Positions 1 to 13,015 of a DNA stretch of 64,000 bases are shown one piece after another. The notes under the pieces are model-generated. The model did no database searches. It was not told where the DNA came from and saw only the letters and a list, made by a program, of their open reading frames with translations. Made by a program: the position numbers and the translations under genes. The stretch covers positions 1 through 64,000 of the forward strand of contig PS015550.1 of the NCBI GenBank assembly GCA_048213135.1. The letters are read 5' to 3'. This DNA is from Reclinomonas americana ATCC 50394. Lineage: Eukaryota. Position 1 is the stretch's first letter; each line of letters starts with the position of its first letter.

Positions 1-75
1 TCTCCCCTCCCTCACCCTCTCCCTCTCCCTCTCCCTTTGCCCCCTTGCCTCCCTCTCCCTCACTTCCCCTGCCAG

Positions 76-1256
76 GCCATCATACCTCGTCATCAATGCC
101 GACGAGAGTGAGCCGGGCACGTGCAAGGATCGCGAGATTATGCGACACGATCCGCACAAGCTGGTCGAGGGCGCGCTGCTGGCCGGTGTGGGCATGCGTG
201 CACGCGCAGGTAAATCACATCCTTCCCTCCCTCCCTCCCTTACTTCTCCCCTCTCTTCTCACACACTATCGCAGCGTACATTTACATTCGCGGCGAGTTC
301 TACAACGAGGCGCTGAACCTGCAGCACGCCATCGACGAGGCCTACAAGGCGGGATTGATTGGTCGCAACGCCTGCGGCAGCGGCTACGACTACGATGTGT
401 ACCTCCACCGTGGTGCTGGTGCGTACATTTGTGGCGAGGAGACTGCGCTGCTGGAGTCACTCGAGGGCAAGCAGGTGCGTGCGAGCGTGCACATGAAAGG
501 AATGCCATAGAGTGCGATTCTCACTATGTTCTGTGGCTGCTGCGCAGGGCAAGCCGCGCCTGAAGCCACCGTTCCCAGCCAATGTCGGTCTGTACGGTTG
601 CCCGAGCACTGTGACCAATGTGGAGACCATTGCCGTGGCCCCGACCATTCTGCGTCGGTTTGTTTCTCGAGTCGAAGTTGTTTCTACTGCTGCTGTGTGT
701 ATCACGCCCCAACACCTTCTCGTGTTGTCTGTCCAACAGTGGTGGTGACTGGTTCGCCGCGTTCGGACGCAAGAACAACAGCGGCACCAAGCTGTTCTGC
801 ATCTCCGGCCACGTCAACAACCCATGCACAGTGGAGGGTACGTCCATCTGTGTTTATGTGCCTTTGTTGCCACCGTAGGTACTCATTCCCTTTATCCCGC
901 AGAGGAAATGTCCATTCCTCTCCGCGAGCTCATCGAGAAACATGCCGGAGGTGTGCGCGGTGGCTGGGACAACCTTCTGGGCATCATCCCCGGTGGCTCT
1001 TCAGTACCTGTCCTGCCCAAGTCCATTTGCGACGATGTGCTGTTGCGTACAATATTCACGCGTTTATGTTGTGTGTCTCCTCTTCCTCCTACTCTCCGCT
1101 CACCACCTGAATCTCACTAGGATGGACTTTGACGCCCTGAAGGCCGTCAACAGTGGCCTCGGCACCGCCGCCGTGATGGTCATGGACAAGTCGACCGACA
1201 TTATCAAGGCCATTGCCCGCCTCTCCAAGTTCTACAAGCACGAGTCGTGCGGCCAA

Positions 1257-1289
<33 letters not shown>

Positions 1290-1558
1290 ATGCAGCTGAT
1301 GGACCGCTTCGTCGAGGGCAACGCCGACGTGCGCGAGATCGACATGCTGGATGTTGCGCAGCGCTTGCACTTCGTCGCTCTTATGTGTGTTGTGCTCATC
1401 TCCGGTTGCTCTGCCAGGAAATCTCTCGTCAGATCGAGGGACACACCATTTGCGCTCTGGGTGATGCTGCCGCATGGCCAGTGCAGGGCCTGATTCGTCA
1501 CTTCCGCCCCGAGATGGAGGCGCGTGTGAAGAAGTTCCAGGCCGCCCACCGCCGTTGA
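76..1558 (+). CDS. NDUFV1: NADH:ubiquinone oxidoreductase 51 kDa flavoprotein subunit (5' part outside window; 7 exons seen)
   Basis: Spliced motifs [71 protein letters not shown]; stop TGA 1556-1558. Confidence 0.97.
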
Positions 1559-2046
1559 GCGTGATCTCGGCGTGTCACATCTTCCGGCCTGTTTCTGTTT
1601 GTCTTGTTTTTCTTGTGGACGTGGTCGGTAGATGTTGGCTGGTTGTTGTTGTTGTTGGTTGGTTGGTTGGTTTTTTGCTGCCGAGTTGGGTGGCGTGATG
1701 CGCACACTCGCACGTCCGCACTCTGGGGTTGCGGGTGGGAATGGGAGTGAGAGAGCAAGTGGTGGATGGGAGTGCGAGATTGGGCGACGGCGGTAATGAT
1801 GGTGAGCCGGAAGAATTGATGATGGGCACGCTCGCCCACTCTGGCCACATTGTTGTCGTCGTCGTCTTCATCCTCTCCTCTCTTTCCCCACCCTTGCGTC
1901 CTTCCTCCTTTCCTCCTCTCGTAATCCTGGTGGTGTGTGTGCGTTTGAGCTCGTGTGTTTCTCGTTGCTTCCGTCTCGGTCGGCATGTGATGCTGTGGTG
2001 TATTGCGAAAATATGCGAAATCCGTATGTTACATTAATACTATTGA

Positions 2047-4303
2047 CTAGCGTTGCCGCAGTGACGGCAGTGGGTCACTGTCGTGTGTTGTCGTGGTCGT
2101 TGTCGTGGATGTCGTTGTCATTGTCATCACTGCGGGTTCGTGGACAGTGGGCGACACGGCGCCTTCGTGATGCGCACGTTTTCGTGGCACCCACTCGTTG
2201 AGTTCTTGCTGTGCGAGTCGCTTCCGTGTCGTCGCCTGTGCAGCAAATAAACATGGTGTCAAAGACTGTGTGTGCTCGACGAACAGTGCGAAGAAGCATA
2301 CCTCTTCCGAGGCAGTGGCAGGTAATGTGCGTGCGACAACTGTCGACTGCACGAGCGCGCTAAACTTGCCGCCCGTCGGTGGCGTGTCTGGCGCATCGTC
2401 CACGCGATACATGCGCACGTGTGGCGATCCGGTGGCGAAACGGATGCAACCACGCGTTCGCGGGCTGTGTTTCACCTGCTGCCGCCGCCTCTCGTCCTCG
2501 GTGACGCTCAGCACCACACCGCGGTTCATCTCCGTGTTGAATTCGACCAGCGGCTCGTTTTCTGATGGAGAGGGGGCGACACAGAAGTGAGCAGGGGCCA
2601 GGAGATGCTTGGAAAATAAAGCACACACCTCGTTCCATGCTGTCGAGAGCGTTGGGATCGACCGTGACAACTGGAGGAAGGCGACGAGTGAGACATGCGA
2701 CAAAAAAACAGAGCGTGGCAACAAATATTAACTGGTGCGGGGAGAGGTTGGCGACGGCAGTGGTGAGGTATGCGGCGACGCGGTNNNNNNNNNNNNNNNN
2801 NNNNNNNNNNNNNNNNNNNNNNNNNNNNNNNNNNNNNNNNNNNNNNNNNNNNNNNNNNNNNNNNNNNNNNNNNNNNNNNNNNNNNNNNNNNNNNNNNNNN
2901 NNNNNNNNNNNNNNNNNNNNNNNNNNNNNNNNNNNNNNNNNNNNNNNNNNNNNNNNNNNNNNNNNNNNNNNNNNNNNNNNNNNNNNNNNNNNNNNNNNNN
3001 NNNNNNNNNNNNNNNNNNNNNNNNNNNNNNNNNNNNNNNNNNNNNNNNNNNNNNNNNNNNNNNNNNNNNNNNNNNNNNNNNNNNNNNNNNNNNNNNNNNN
3101 NNNNNNNNNNNNNNNNNNNNNNNNNNNNNNNNNNNNNNNNNNNNNNNNNNNNNNNNNNNNNNNNNNNNNNNNNNNNNNNNNNNNNNNNNNNNNNNNNNNN
3201 NNNNNNNNNNNNNNNNNNNNNNNNNNNNNNNNNNNNNNNNNNNNNNNNNNNNNNNNNNNNNNNNNNNNNNNNNNNNNNNNNNNNNNNNNNNNNNNNNNNN
3301 NNNNNNNNNNNNNNNNNNNNNNNNNNNNNNNNNNNNNNNNNNNNNNNNNNNNNNNNNNNNNNNNNNNNNNNNNNNNNNNNNNNNNNNNNNNNNNNNNNNN
3401 NNNNNNNNNNNNNNNNNNNNNNNNNNNNNNNNNNNNNNNNNNNNNNNNNNNNNNNNNNNNNNNNNNNNNNNNNNNNNNNNNNNNNNNNNNNNNNNNNNNN
3501 NNNNNNNNNNNNNNNNNNNNNNNNNNNNNNNNNNNNNNNNNNNNNNNNNNNNNNNNNNNNCCGTTTGCTGCTGCTACCGAGCCCGCCCCGCGCCTGTTGA
3601 GCCCCAACGGGCAGTGGCGGCTGCCGCTTGGAATCGGCAACATACTGAAAAACGCGTGGCGAGGCGCCAAATCGAACGGTCGTCTTGTCTCGAAGAGGCA
3701 TTGGAACGTGTGCAGGCAGTGGCGAGCCCTCCACCAGCGTGCCGTGTGCTGCACACACACACCCACAGAGACGAGTGTCAGCGCAAAGGGGCGGAGGCAC
3801 TCAGTGGAGAGGAAGGGAGAGCCCACGCGCACCCGAGCCCAAATCCATGATATATGAGCCGTGCTGGGAGTGCATTATCACTGCGTGCAGGCGGGATACC
3901 GACATGTGGGCCTCGACGATCTGATGGAGAGGCGGAGGAGCAAGTGAGCACTCGCGTGTACATGCATGTGGCGTCCGCCGCGGCGCGCAACTTGCACAGC
4001 CTCCGTCAGACGACCAATCAGATACAACGGCCTTGCACTGATCTCATATACTATTGCCTCTGCGGCCTCCTCTGGCGCAGCAGAGGCAGGAGCTCCCGTG
4101 TGTGTGGCATGCAGCACAGGGCGACTGCGCGATGCAGCACTGGGCACTGTGGCAGGAAGAGAGACATGTATGTGATTCACTGTATCGTATTATGCAGTGC
4201 GCGTCAGCTCGGAAACGCAACGACAACACCATGCGGGTGGCACAAACGATGGCAAGCCCGTCACACTGTCGGTGACCACCTTGCCCGCCTGCTGCCTCGA
4301 CAT
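2047..4303 (-). CDS. FHA-domain protein, NIPP1/PPP1R8-like (interrupted by gap 2785-3560)
   Basis: Spliced N-terminus MSRQ..FVPPAW, FHA core YLIGR..HMSVSRLHAVI..MDLGSAHGTLV..VRFGASPRVF. After the gap LVEFNTEMNR resembles NIPP1 LTEFNTAHNK. Linkage across the gap is inferred. Confidence 0.72.
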
Positions 4304-4386
4304 TGAAAACACAATCGGGACTCGACCAATAAACCGTTGGGAAATTTCGCAAGCTAAAGGCGCGCCAAAGAGGGAGAGAGAGAGAG
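4304..4386. promoter_or_regulatory. Putative bidirectional promoter with CCAAT box and E2F-like site
   Basis: 83 bp between divergent ATGs; CCAAT at 4326-4330; CGCGCCAAA at 4361-4369 (TTTGGCGCG on minus strand). Confidence 0.4.
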
Positions 4387-7380
4387 ATGGGTCTTCCGGA
4401 GGAGATTACGAAGGTACTCAACGACCCCACCGGCGAGGCACTGAACGAGCGCGTCGAGTCGGTGTTTCGCGATGCCGACGTCGACCAGAGCGGCACGATT
4501 GATTACTCGGAGTTCAAGAAGGTGAGGAGGGGGACGATGAGCAGATGCATGTGCCTCTCCCTTTCGCCAATGTGCATGCATGTGCGTGTGTGCGTGTGTG
4601 TTCGTGTCTTTGCGCCATGTGCACATTCACATCACCAACCTGCACACGCACTCACACACTCACACTTTCACGCGTGCAGCTGTATCGCGGCCTGCACTCC
4701 ACACTGGAGCTTCCACGGCACTCGGTGTTGAGTGAGAAGCAGCTCAAGTCCAGTTGCGTGTGCTCTCTGTCACTCTCACTCGTCTCTCTCTGTGAGATTG
4801 ACGATTATTGCGCGCAGAGTTTGAGCAGCTGGATGCCGACAAGAGCGGGAGCATTGATGTGAATGAGTTCAGGTGAGAGAGAAGAGAGCGAGAGGAGGAG
4901 CAGAGATGATTCCGTGACTGACTGGTTGTTGTTGTCGCTTGTTTGCTGCTCTCCAGGCCATTGGTGAAGGAGGTGCGTGCACTGGACTTGTGCTGCCTGC
5001 TTCCCGGCCAGTCACACTGACTCTTGTTGCAGTTCCTGGTGGACATGCGTGACAAGTTCCAGCAGGTGGAGCACGAGATGAGTGACATGCAGGAGTGGTT
5101 TGCCGACAAGACAACGACTGTTGCGTGTCCGTCTTGTTGCATCGCGCACTCTCTCCCTCTGTCTCCGGAGGCCTCACGACGATTGGTGCGCAGCAGCAGA
5201 GGAGGCAGACGAGGTCGGCGGCCAAGTCGACCGACGAGCCGTCGTTGCCTCCGTCGCGGTTACCGGTGCGTCGCACTCGTCAGCAGGCCGAGGCGGTGTC
5301 AGCGTCGCAAACGTCGGAGGCCAGCGAGGATGCGTCCACCCCGCCGACTCGACAGACTCGGCGCAAATCAGCGGCGGCGGCGGCGGTGGAGGAGCCGGCA
5401 GCGCCGGCGCGCAGCACGCGACGCAAGTCAGCAGCAGCTTCCTTGTCGACTGCCAGTCAGGAGGCGGAGGAGGAGGAGGAGGAGGACGAGAAGCCGCAGT
5501 CGACCAGAAGCACTCGGCGCAAGTCAGTGGTCATTGTGTCGTCGTCGCAGGAGTCGGCGGCAGAAGATGCACCGACGAGCAGCAAGCGCGCTCGCGCTCG
5601 CCGTGCCTCGCAGGTGGCAGAGAACGCCGATGACGACGAGGGATCGGCGGCCGGCCCGCCATCGCAGGAGCCTGAGCCGGTGCCCGAGTCCACCAGCAAG
5701 CGCAGTCGCGGACGCCGCGTGTCTGTGGTCCCCGATGACGAATCCGTGGCGGCCTCGTCGTCGCAGGAACAGGAGGCTTCCGGCAAGCGGGGCAGTCGGG
5801 CGCGACGATCATCGGTGGCGGCAGCGGCCGTGTCGGAGGAAGCAACGCCAGCTGCGTCGTCACAGGAGGCGGAACCAAGCAGTGGCAAGAAGGCACGCGG
5901 CCGACGTGCTTCGGTGATTGCGGAGACGAATGACGCGGACATGGCGCCTTCGTCATCACAAGAGCAGGAGGAGGAGAAGGAGAAGAGCAGTCAACCTGCT
6001 CGTGGTCGTCGTGCGTCAGTCTCGGAGGCGGGAGAGAAGCAGACGCCTGCGAAACACAGCCCGTCAATCACACCAGCATTGCCGCCACCCGCTAGGATGG
6101 AGGTGGACGACGATCACGAGGAAGAGGAGGAGGAGGAGGAGGAGGAGGTAGTCGTGAGTCAAAAGAGTAGCAAGGCCCTGCGACGGGTGTCGGCACCACC
6201 ACTCAGGTCGAATGCTCCATCAACACCGGCGGCGGCGGCGGCAGCGGAGAAGGAGAGCAATGCACGTTCGCGACGCAAGTCGATGGCGGCACCGACCGTG
6301 GTGGCAGCGGAGCAGGCTGTGACATCGGCTCGTAAGAGCCGTGTGGCTGTCGATGACGATGTGGTGGTGTTCAGGAAGGCGCGATCGTCGGTGGCGGCGT
6401 CAGTACGAGAAGAGATCGAGGAGGACGATGAAGACGCGGAGACGGCGACTGATGTGGCGGAGACTGATGACAGCGACTCGGATGATGACGATGACGACGA
6501 TGATGATGATGAGGAGGAGGAGGGCGAGCAGTCGAATGACGTGCAGATTATTCGTGTTGCGCCTCGTGACCCGTCTGCCACTCGACCTCTGGTGCTGCCG
6601 ACCGACGGCGTGCTGCCACCTGCTCTGTTTGCACGACTGTCGCTGCGGAGGCAGACTCTGGCTCGTGAGACGGCGCTGATTCCCCCGACAACTGCCGACG
6701 GTGCCAGTGCGACGTTCACCAGCACCGTGACGCACTCGGCCACGCTGACAGGCAGCATCGATACCGACGCGGTGATGAAGAAGAGCGTGTTTGAGCCGGA
6801 CGCGTTGCGGAAGCAGCAGCAACGCGCTGCTCGTGCCGAGAAGGAGAAGAGCCAGAAGACCAAGCACTTTCCCGGTCGACTGGTGCCCAAGGCCAACGAG
6901 CAGCCCAAGGCGGTACGTTCACACTACAACATCATCGGCACAGCTCTTTCCATTCACTGCAGACTGCTGAACTCATTTCCATGCACACACACACAGGAGC
7001 GCAAAGCGCGCTGGGAGGACTTCGAGCCGCACCCGATGACACCCGAGCTGCAGCGTGATCTGCGGCTCATCGCCATGCGCCAGTTCCTCTCCCCGAATCG
7101 CTTCTACAAGAAGACCGAGTGGAAGGTCCGTAAGTTGCCGAAGCGGGTGCAGCTGGGCGAGATTGTGGCCACGCCGCGGAATGTGCTGGGCGAAGGCGGC
7201 GGCGAGCGACGGCGCGGACGCAAGCGTACCATTCTGGAGGAGCTCGTCGGCGACGACTCCACCCGCCGCTACACCAAGCGTCGCTACGTGGAGATCCAGC
7301 GCGAGCGCAGTGCCATTGGCACCAAGCGCGCCTCCCGTCGACCAGCCTCGCGGAAACTGAGCAAGGGGGGCAAGAAATGA
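4387..7380 (+). CDS. EF-hand pair + long basic/acidic low-complexity linker + Fcf2 (DNTTIP2-like) pre-rRNA processing domain
   Basis: EF loops DVDQSGTIDYSE and DADKSGSIDVNE. Intron 5120-5193 joins in phase 0 to the 761-aa ORF. C-terminal MTPELQRDLRLIAMRQFLSPNRFYKK..LPKRVQLGEIV..RTILEELV..YTKRRYVEIQ matches the Fcf2 pattern. Confidence 0.75.
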
Positions 7381-8209
7381 AATGCATCACAATCCTCCGC
7401 CTTGACTGCCACCGACTTGAAACGAACACTCCACTGTTCCTGCGACTGCGCTGCTGCTGCTGCTGCTGTGGGTGACCATCGTCACGTTATGACGTGTCCT
7501 CCCGCCCGCCAGTCCTCAAATCGTCCACGCTCAATTGCGGCGGAGGCAGTGGTGACAATGGAGTGGACGAGTGGGCAGAGGAGGCGGAGAGCAGGCGCTG
7601 ACGTCGACGCAGGCGAATGCGCTCGGCTTCTTGTAGCAGAGGGTCTACCGTGACTGGCGTACGCGACGAGCGAGAAGACGCCACATGTGCGTCGAGACTG
7701 CTGTGCTCTCCTCCGTTCATGAGGAAGGGGGGAGACGGACTGACGTCGTGCGTCTCGTTGTCGGCATTGCTTCCCGCGCTACTCTCTGCATGCGAGTGCA
7801 GCAGTGTTCAGCGCGCGTGTGTGTGCGCAGTCTGAGGCGACTTTTTTGCTGAGAAGAATAGCCACTGTGTACTTGCGTGATGCAACGCTCGCCTGCTCCA
7901 CTCTTGTAGGGATTGACGTGTTGCGACATGCTGTGACTTCACATCCATGTCGCCTGACAGTTGACTTTTGTTGATATCGGTCTGCAAGTGCGAAGTGTGC
8001 TGCTCCAGTCGCTGCAGTCACTGCTGGTGGTGAGTGATGGTGCCTATTTCAAGTGCAGGCGCTGGTGGGTAGAAGGTCGACATCGATCAGACACCATTTC
8101 CGACAAATGACAGGACTGTTTATTCCGTCGATTATACCACTTTTTCGAACTCGACATACGAGCAGAGACAACCCCCGCCCCACTTTTGGTTTTACACTAC
8201 ACTACTTCC

Positions 8210-11200
8210 ATGACAGACTTTCGCGAGAAGCTTTTTGAGGAGTTCCTCAACCGGCACATGGCGCCGGAGCTGCGGTGAGGTCCCAATTGAAGTCAACAGT
8301 GTGTCGACAAAAGTGACTCATTTGGTTTGATCTTCGGACAGCGACGTGATTCACGGCGGCGCACTGGACCATCTCATGCACGAGGTGTTTGAGGACCTGC
8401 AGCACCGCACTATCTGGGTCGAGCACGATGAGAGCATGCTTGTGCGACATTTCATGACACCCAAGGTTTGTACATGTCGAAAAAAACAGATAATGCATGG
8501 ACACTTTGGGCGAATGCAAACCCCTTCCTTTTTCTTCGTTGTTCACACAGATTGACAACGCTCGTGAGACAGCACTCTTCCGCTCCTCGGGACTGGCCGA
8601 GTATCTGCAAGCGGAACCTGGTCACACGCGCAAGGCGCCTGAGCGATCATTCCTCACTTTGATTAAGGACTTTAACAAGCATCGAGTGGAGCGCATCCTC
8701 ACAGCCATGCTGGACAACGAGGAGTTGCATGCCACATGCTGCACCTTTCTCTGTGTCTCCTCACGCACTCACGAGTTCTCCTTGCCGCGCGCGCATGCAG
8801 GATTGTCAACTGGGACTACTCGTTCGGCCCGTATGCCGGTTTGTTCGTCGCCTATTTTTTTTTTTGCTGTCGTTCTCCAACTCACGACTGCCTTGCTCCT
8901 CTGCAGGTGCATTTACCGATGAGATGAACAGTCGCCTGCGAGACCTTCGTGACGCGGAGGAGATGCAGGCGTACATTGGGCAGAACCCGACCACCGCCAT
9001 TGACATGTTCCGTGACGCGTGGGATCGCCTGCGCTTGCAGGAGACGGACGAGTTGCGTAATGCAACGACACGATTAGCAGCAGCTACAGTGCTCACCCTT
9101 CTCGCCCCACAGCATGCGTTTCGACGAGGCGCACGCTCGCGCGTCGTGGACGCGCAAGTACCGGACCACGTGCTGCGTGGAGCGACTGCCCTCCGAGTAC
9201 TCTTCCATGGTGCGCTTCTTCTCGTTCTCTTGGTTTCCACCCCTCTGATCATGAACTTACTCGGGGAGATGACGACACAGCGCCTGGTCGGAGCTCTGCG
9301 TGCTGCCGTCGCGCCGCGTTTGGTGCCAGTCGAGCGAGTGGTGGTGACGACGGGTGCACGTACGCAGCAGACCAACGTGCAGCCGCGCGTTTTCATGACT
9401 ATCCGTCCCGTTGACGACGACGAGGACAGCGTGGATCGCGCCGAGGAGGAGCTGTGCGAGCTTGCGCACGAGATCTCCACCTCGTGGACGATTTTCGAGG
9501 GCCAGCAGCGGTACGCCTTCCTCTCAATCCTGCTTTCACACTGTACCCTCCTTCTTCTCATCGTTCTCCACGCGCAGGCTGCTGAAGGTCACCATGAACC
9601 TGCCCGACATGTTCACGTGGGTGGGCGAGTACATGCAAGAGGTCCGTCGTGCACTGGCCGCACAGCAGCCACGTGCGCGTGCGCGAACGGCGGCTCGAAC
9701 GGTGGTCGCCGGCAGCAGTGGCCAGAGTGGTGCATCCGCCTCGGCTCCTGCAGCCACCATGCCGGCCAGTGCCGCGCCTTCCGATCGCACCGCTCGCGTT
9801 CCAGCCGTCGCAGCTGCGGTGCTGCCGGTGTCGCTGGACGACCACAGCCCGATGGTGTTCACCTTTGGACCGGCCCAGGAGCACGAGTCGAGTGGCTCGC
9901 TGTCGCTTTCGGACGCGGTCTCGGACGATGCGCAGCCTTCGGCCGCTGATCACGATCGTGCTCTCACAGACACGCTGTCGCCGATCGTGAAGCAGCTGCT
10001 CGACGCCAACATGGCGAAGCTGCAGAGGGCGCCGAAGACCGTATTGTGTGGTGGGCGTCTGGAGGTGTGCGGCACTGGCCACAAGAAGAAGGACCGTGAG
10101 TTTGTCCTTGGCCAGGGCAGCTACGGCTCGGTGTACTTGGGCTACTGGCAGCCGGGTCTGCGCGTGGAGACCAAGGTGCCGGTGGCCGTGAAGCTCATCC
10201 CGAAGGACTGCGGCATGTCCCTTAAGCACGTCGATGAGGAGATCCGGCAGAGCCAGGCGGTGCCGCGTGGCCGCTCGGTGGAGATCTACGCCTCATTCGG
10301 CGCCGACGACGAGCAGCTGGTGGAGCTGTGGGACGACTGCCACGTGATTGTGCAGAAGCTGTGCGCCATCAACTTGGACACGCTGATCACCGAGCACACG
10401 GCGAAGATTGGTCTCACGGCGCGCCGAGCTCTCATGGCTGAGGTCTTGGACGCCGTCACCGCCCTCCATTCCCTGGAGCCGGCGGTTGCCCACCGTGACA
10501 TCAAGCCCAACGTTGCGTAACAGCACGATGTGACTCGCTCATTTCTCTGTTCACGAACATGATAGCTAACGATGGTGTACCTCGTTGCGATGTGCAGAAC
10601 ATCCTGGTCGACCTGCAGCTGAACATGTACGTGCACGACAATGAGCTGCTGAGCACGTCGCTTCACTTATACTCATCCTCTTGTTTTTCACGCTGCAGCA
10701 AGCTGTGTGATTTTGGCATGGCACGAACGGTGGCCGGGCACGATCGCTCCACGATGCACACCATGTGGCAAGCTGGCCAGTCGGTGTTCCAGGCGCCCGA
10801 GGACATCGAGGGCGATCATCGTCGAGCCACGTGGTCGGTGCAGAAGGAGTCGGACGTGTTCAGCCTCGGTGCCGTCCTCTTCTTCATCTGGACCGGCGGT
10901 CTGCATCCGCTGGCGTGGACAGAGGAGCGCGATGGCACACTGCAGTGCGTACCAATTTTTCCGTACGCAGACGCAGAACCTCTCCCCGTTCCTCACTTCA
11001 CTCTCTCTCTCTCTCTCTCGCACACACAGGGGTCAGCCACCGAGCTTCCTCGCCGATCGAGCGCAGTTTACGCGCCGCATGTACGCCTTCCAGAACGATT
11101 CAGACACATTGCGCGTCGCTCACCGGTATTGGGAGAATGCGCTGAACAACGTGCCACTGTTCATGCTGCTGCGAGAGATGCTGCGACCCAAGCCGGTCGA

Positions 11201-12947
11201 TCGGTGACTACTACCTCACGCCCGCCTCCTCTCGCGCCACTTCTCGCTGACTTTTTGCCACGCAGCCTCACCACGACGCAGATCAAGCAGCATCCGTTCT
11301 TCTTGGACGCCTCCGGCCGGCGCATGATGATTCAGCGCCTCGAGGAGAGCGGCAAGACGTTTGACAGCAAGGGTTTGTCGTGGCTTTCGACTCCATCGTG
11401 AGCCCTCTTCTTCTTCTTCTCATTTTCCCACTCACCCGTGATGTATGCAGCACGACGCATGCTGGAGGGGCTGCAGCCGAGCATTTCGGTGGGACGCATC
11501 GATCCGCAGCACTGGCGAGACACCCTGTGCAGCGCACTGCGAGTGCACGATTCCGATCGTTCCCGAGTGCTGACATCGTTGCGGTGCGACACCATGACGG
11601 CGAACGCGTGGGGCATGGTAAGTGGGGCGAGCGTGCACAGCGATCCCGCGCACAGCGGCACTCACCGATTCGAGTTGTGCAGGTCAAGTTCATGCGCAAC
11701 GTCATGACACACGCCAGTGATCCCGACTTTTCGCACGACTTGCTGGATCGCTTCTGCCACTTTGTCATGCCGAGTGGCGACGTGCGGCACGTGGCCGATG
11801 TGGAGCAGTTCTTCCACGAGCACCCGCTGTTTTCGTGGATCCTGCCGGAGGTGTGGAGCACCACGCAGGTGGATCACATTCGAAGTGTGCGCAACATGCT
11901 GGAGAACATTCCCAACTTTGACGCCATCTTCCGCGGCGACGCCGAGTCGGTGATGCGAGCCGTGGAGCAATTCCTGGCCAAGTCCATGAAGCGCACTGTG
12001 GACGGTCGCAGCACGCCAGAGTTGGAGGTGCCCGAGGTAAGGAACTCACACGTCTCGCGTTGTACGGGATCCCGAAGCTCACCTTGTGCGAAATGCAGTC
12101 TCGGCCTCGCGATCGCACACCGCCGGCGTCCCCACCGCTGCCTCCTTCGCGACCGCCGGCTTCAGCGCCAGCCGCAGTGCCGCTGCCTGCGGTGCAACTG
12201 CTGACCCCAGCCGCTGTCACTGCTGCTGCCAGCGCTTCGACTGCCTCACCGACAAGCGGTTCCTCGCGACGCCGCAATCGCCAGAATCGGCAGGCTGCCG
12301 CTGCGGCTGCCGCCGCCGCTTCAGCTGCTGACTCCACCGCTGACGCTGGCTCCGCTTCCTCTTCCGGCTCACGATCGCCCACACGCACTCCTCAAGCAGG
12401 TGGTCGAGCTCCGCCCGAGTACCGAGCTGTGGCTGCGGTGAGTTGCATTGTGCGCGGCAGTGGTGCGTAGTGTTTCTGACCACAACTCACACCTGTCGGT
12501 GCAGGCGAGTGCCGAGTGGAAGGCCGCACCCGCTCCGTCGCGCTCCTCGTCCGTCAAGCTGCCGCCGGACTTTGCTGGTGCGTATGTAGCGCGATGAATG
12601 TCGGTCTTGAGACACGCGCCTTCTCACTTCTTGATCGGCGCGCAGAGATCCCTGCACGCAACGAGCTCCACGCTTCGTTCACCAAGGACAACGGCGGCCC
12701 GTATCCTGGCCGTGTTCTCAACTGCAACGCCAAGCTGGGCACCGCCCACATTGAGTGGGAGGGTCAGGGCAGCAGCAAGCCGCTGGTGTACATGTACAAG
12801 ACTTCGTTGCAGGAGCCGGCGCGCTTTGCCGACATGATCAAGCCCGGTGCGCGTGTGACCATGTGGATCAAGAACAACCCGAAGATGATGCCGGGCAAGC
12901 CGATCCAGCCGTACGCCTACGCTGTCATTCTGCGCACGCAGCAGTAG
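8210..12947 (+). CDS. Ire1/RNase L-type Ser/Thr kinase-KEN endoribonuclease with putative RRM (N-terminal) and cold-shock/OB domain (C-terminal)
   Basis: GQGSYG, VAVK, HRDIKPNN, DFG, APE, DVFSLGAVLFFIWTGGLHP, IKQHPFF; KEN motif VKFMRNVMTH; all exons phase-compatible from ATG 8210 to TAG 12947. Confidence 0.82.
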
Positions 12948-13015
12948 AACCCAGTACGTAGAGAGCACAGGATGCTCGGTTTCCAATGTAGACTCATTGT
13001 AGACCAATCTCATAC

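Noticed and set aside
5120-5170. Possible TT-initiated (non-GT) intron G|ttgcgt..ggag|
   Set aside because: A GT-AG intron 5120-5193 with a branch motif restores the frame, and conserved genes show cleavage at GT.
7381-8209. Longest clean intergenic stretch as a possible ncRNA locus
   Set aside because: No recognisable tRNA, snRNA or snoRNA boxes by eye; needs a covariance-model search.
8210-12947. Calling the kinase-KEN gene IRE1 or RNASEL
   Set aside because: No luminal/TM domain or ankyrin repeats visible; orthology unsupported.
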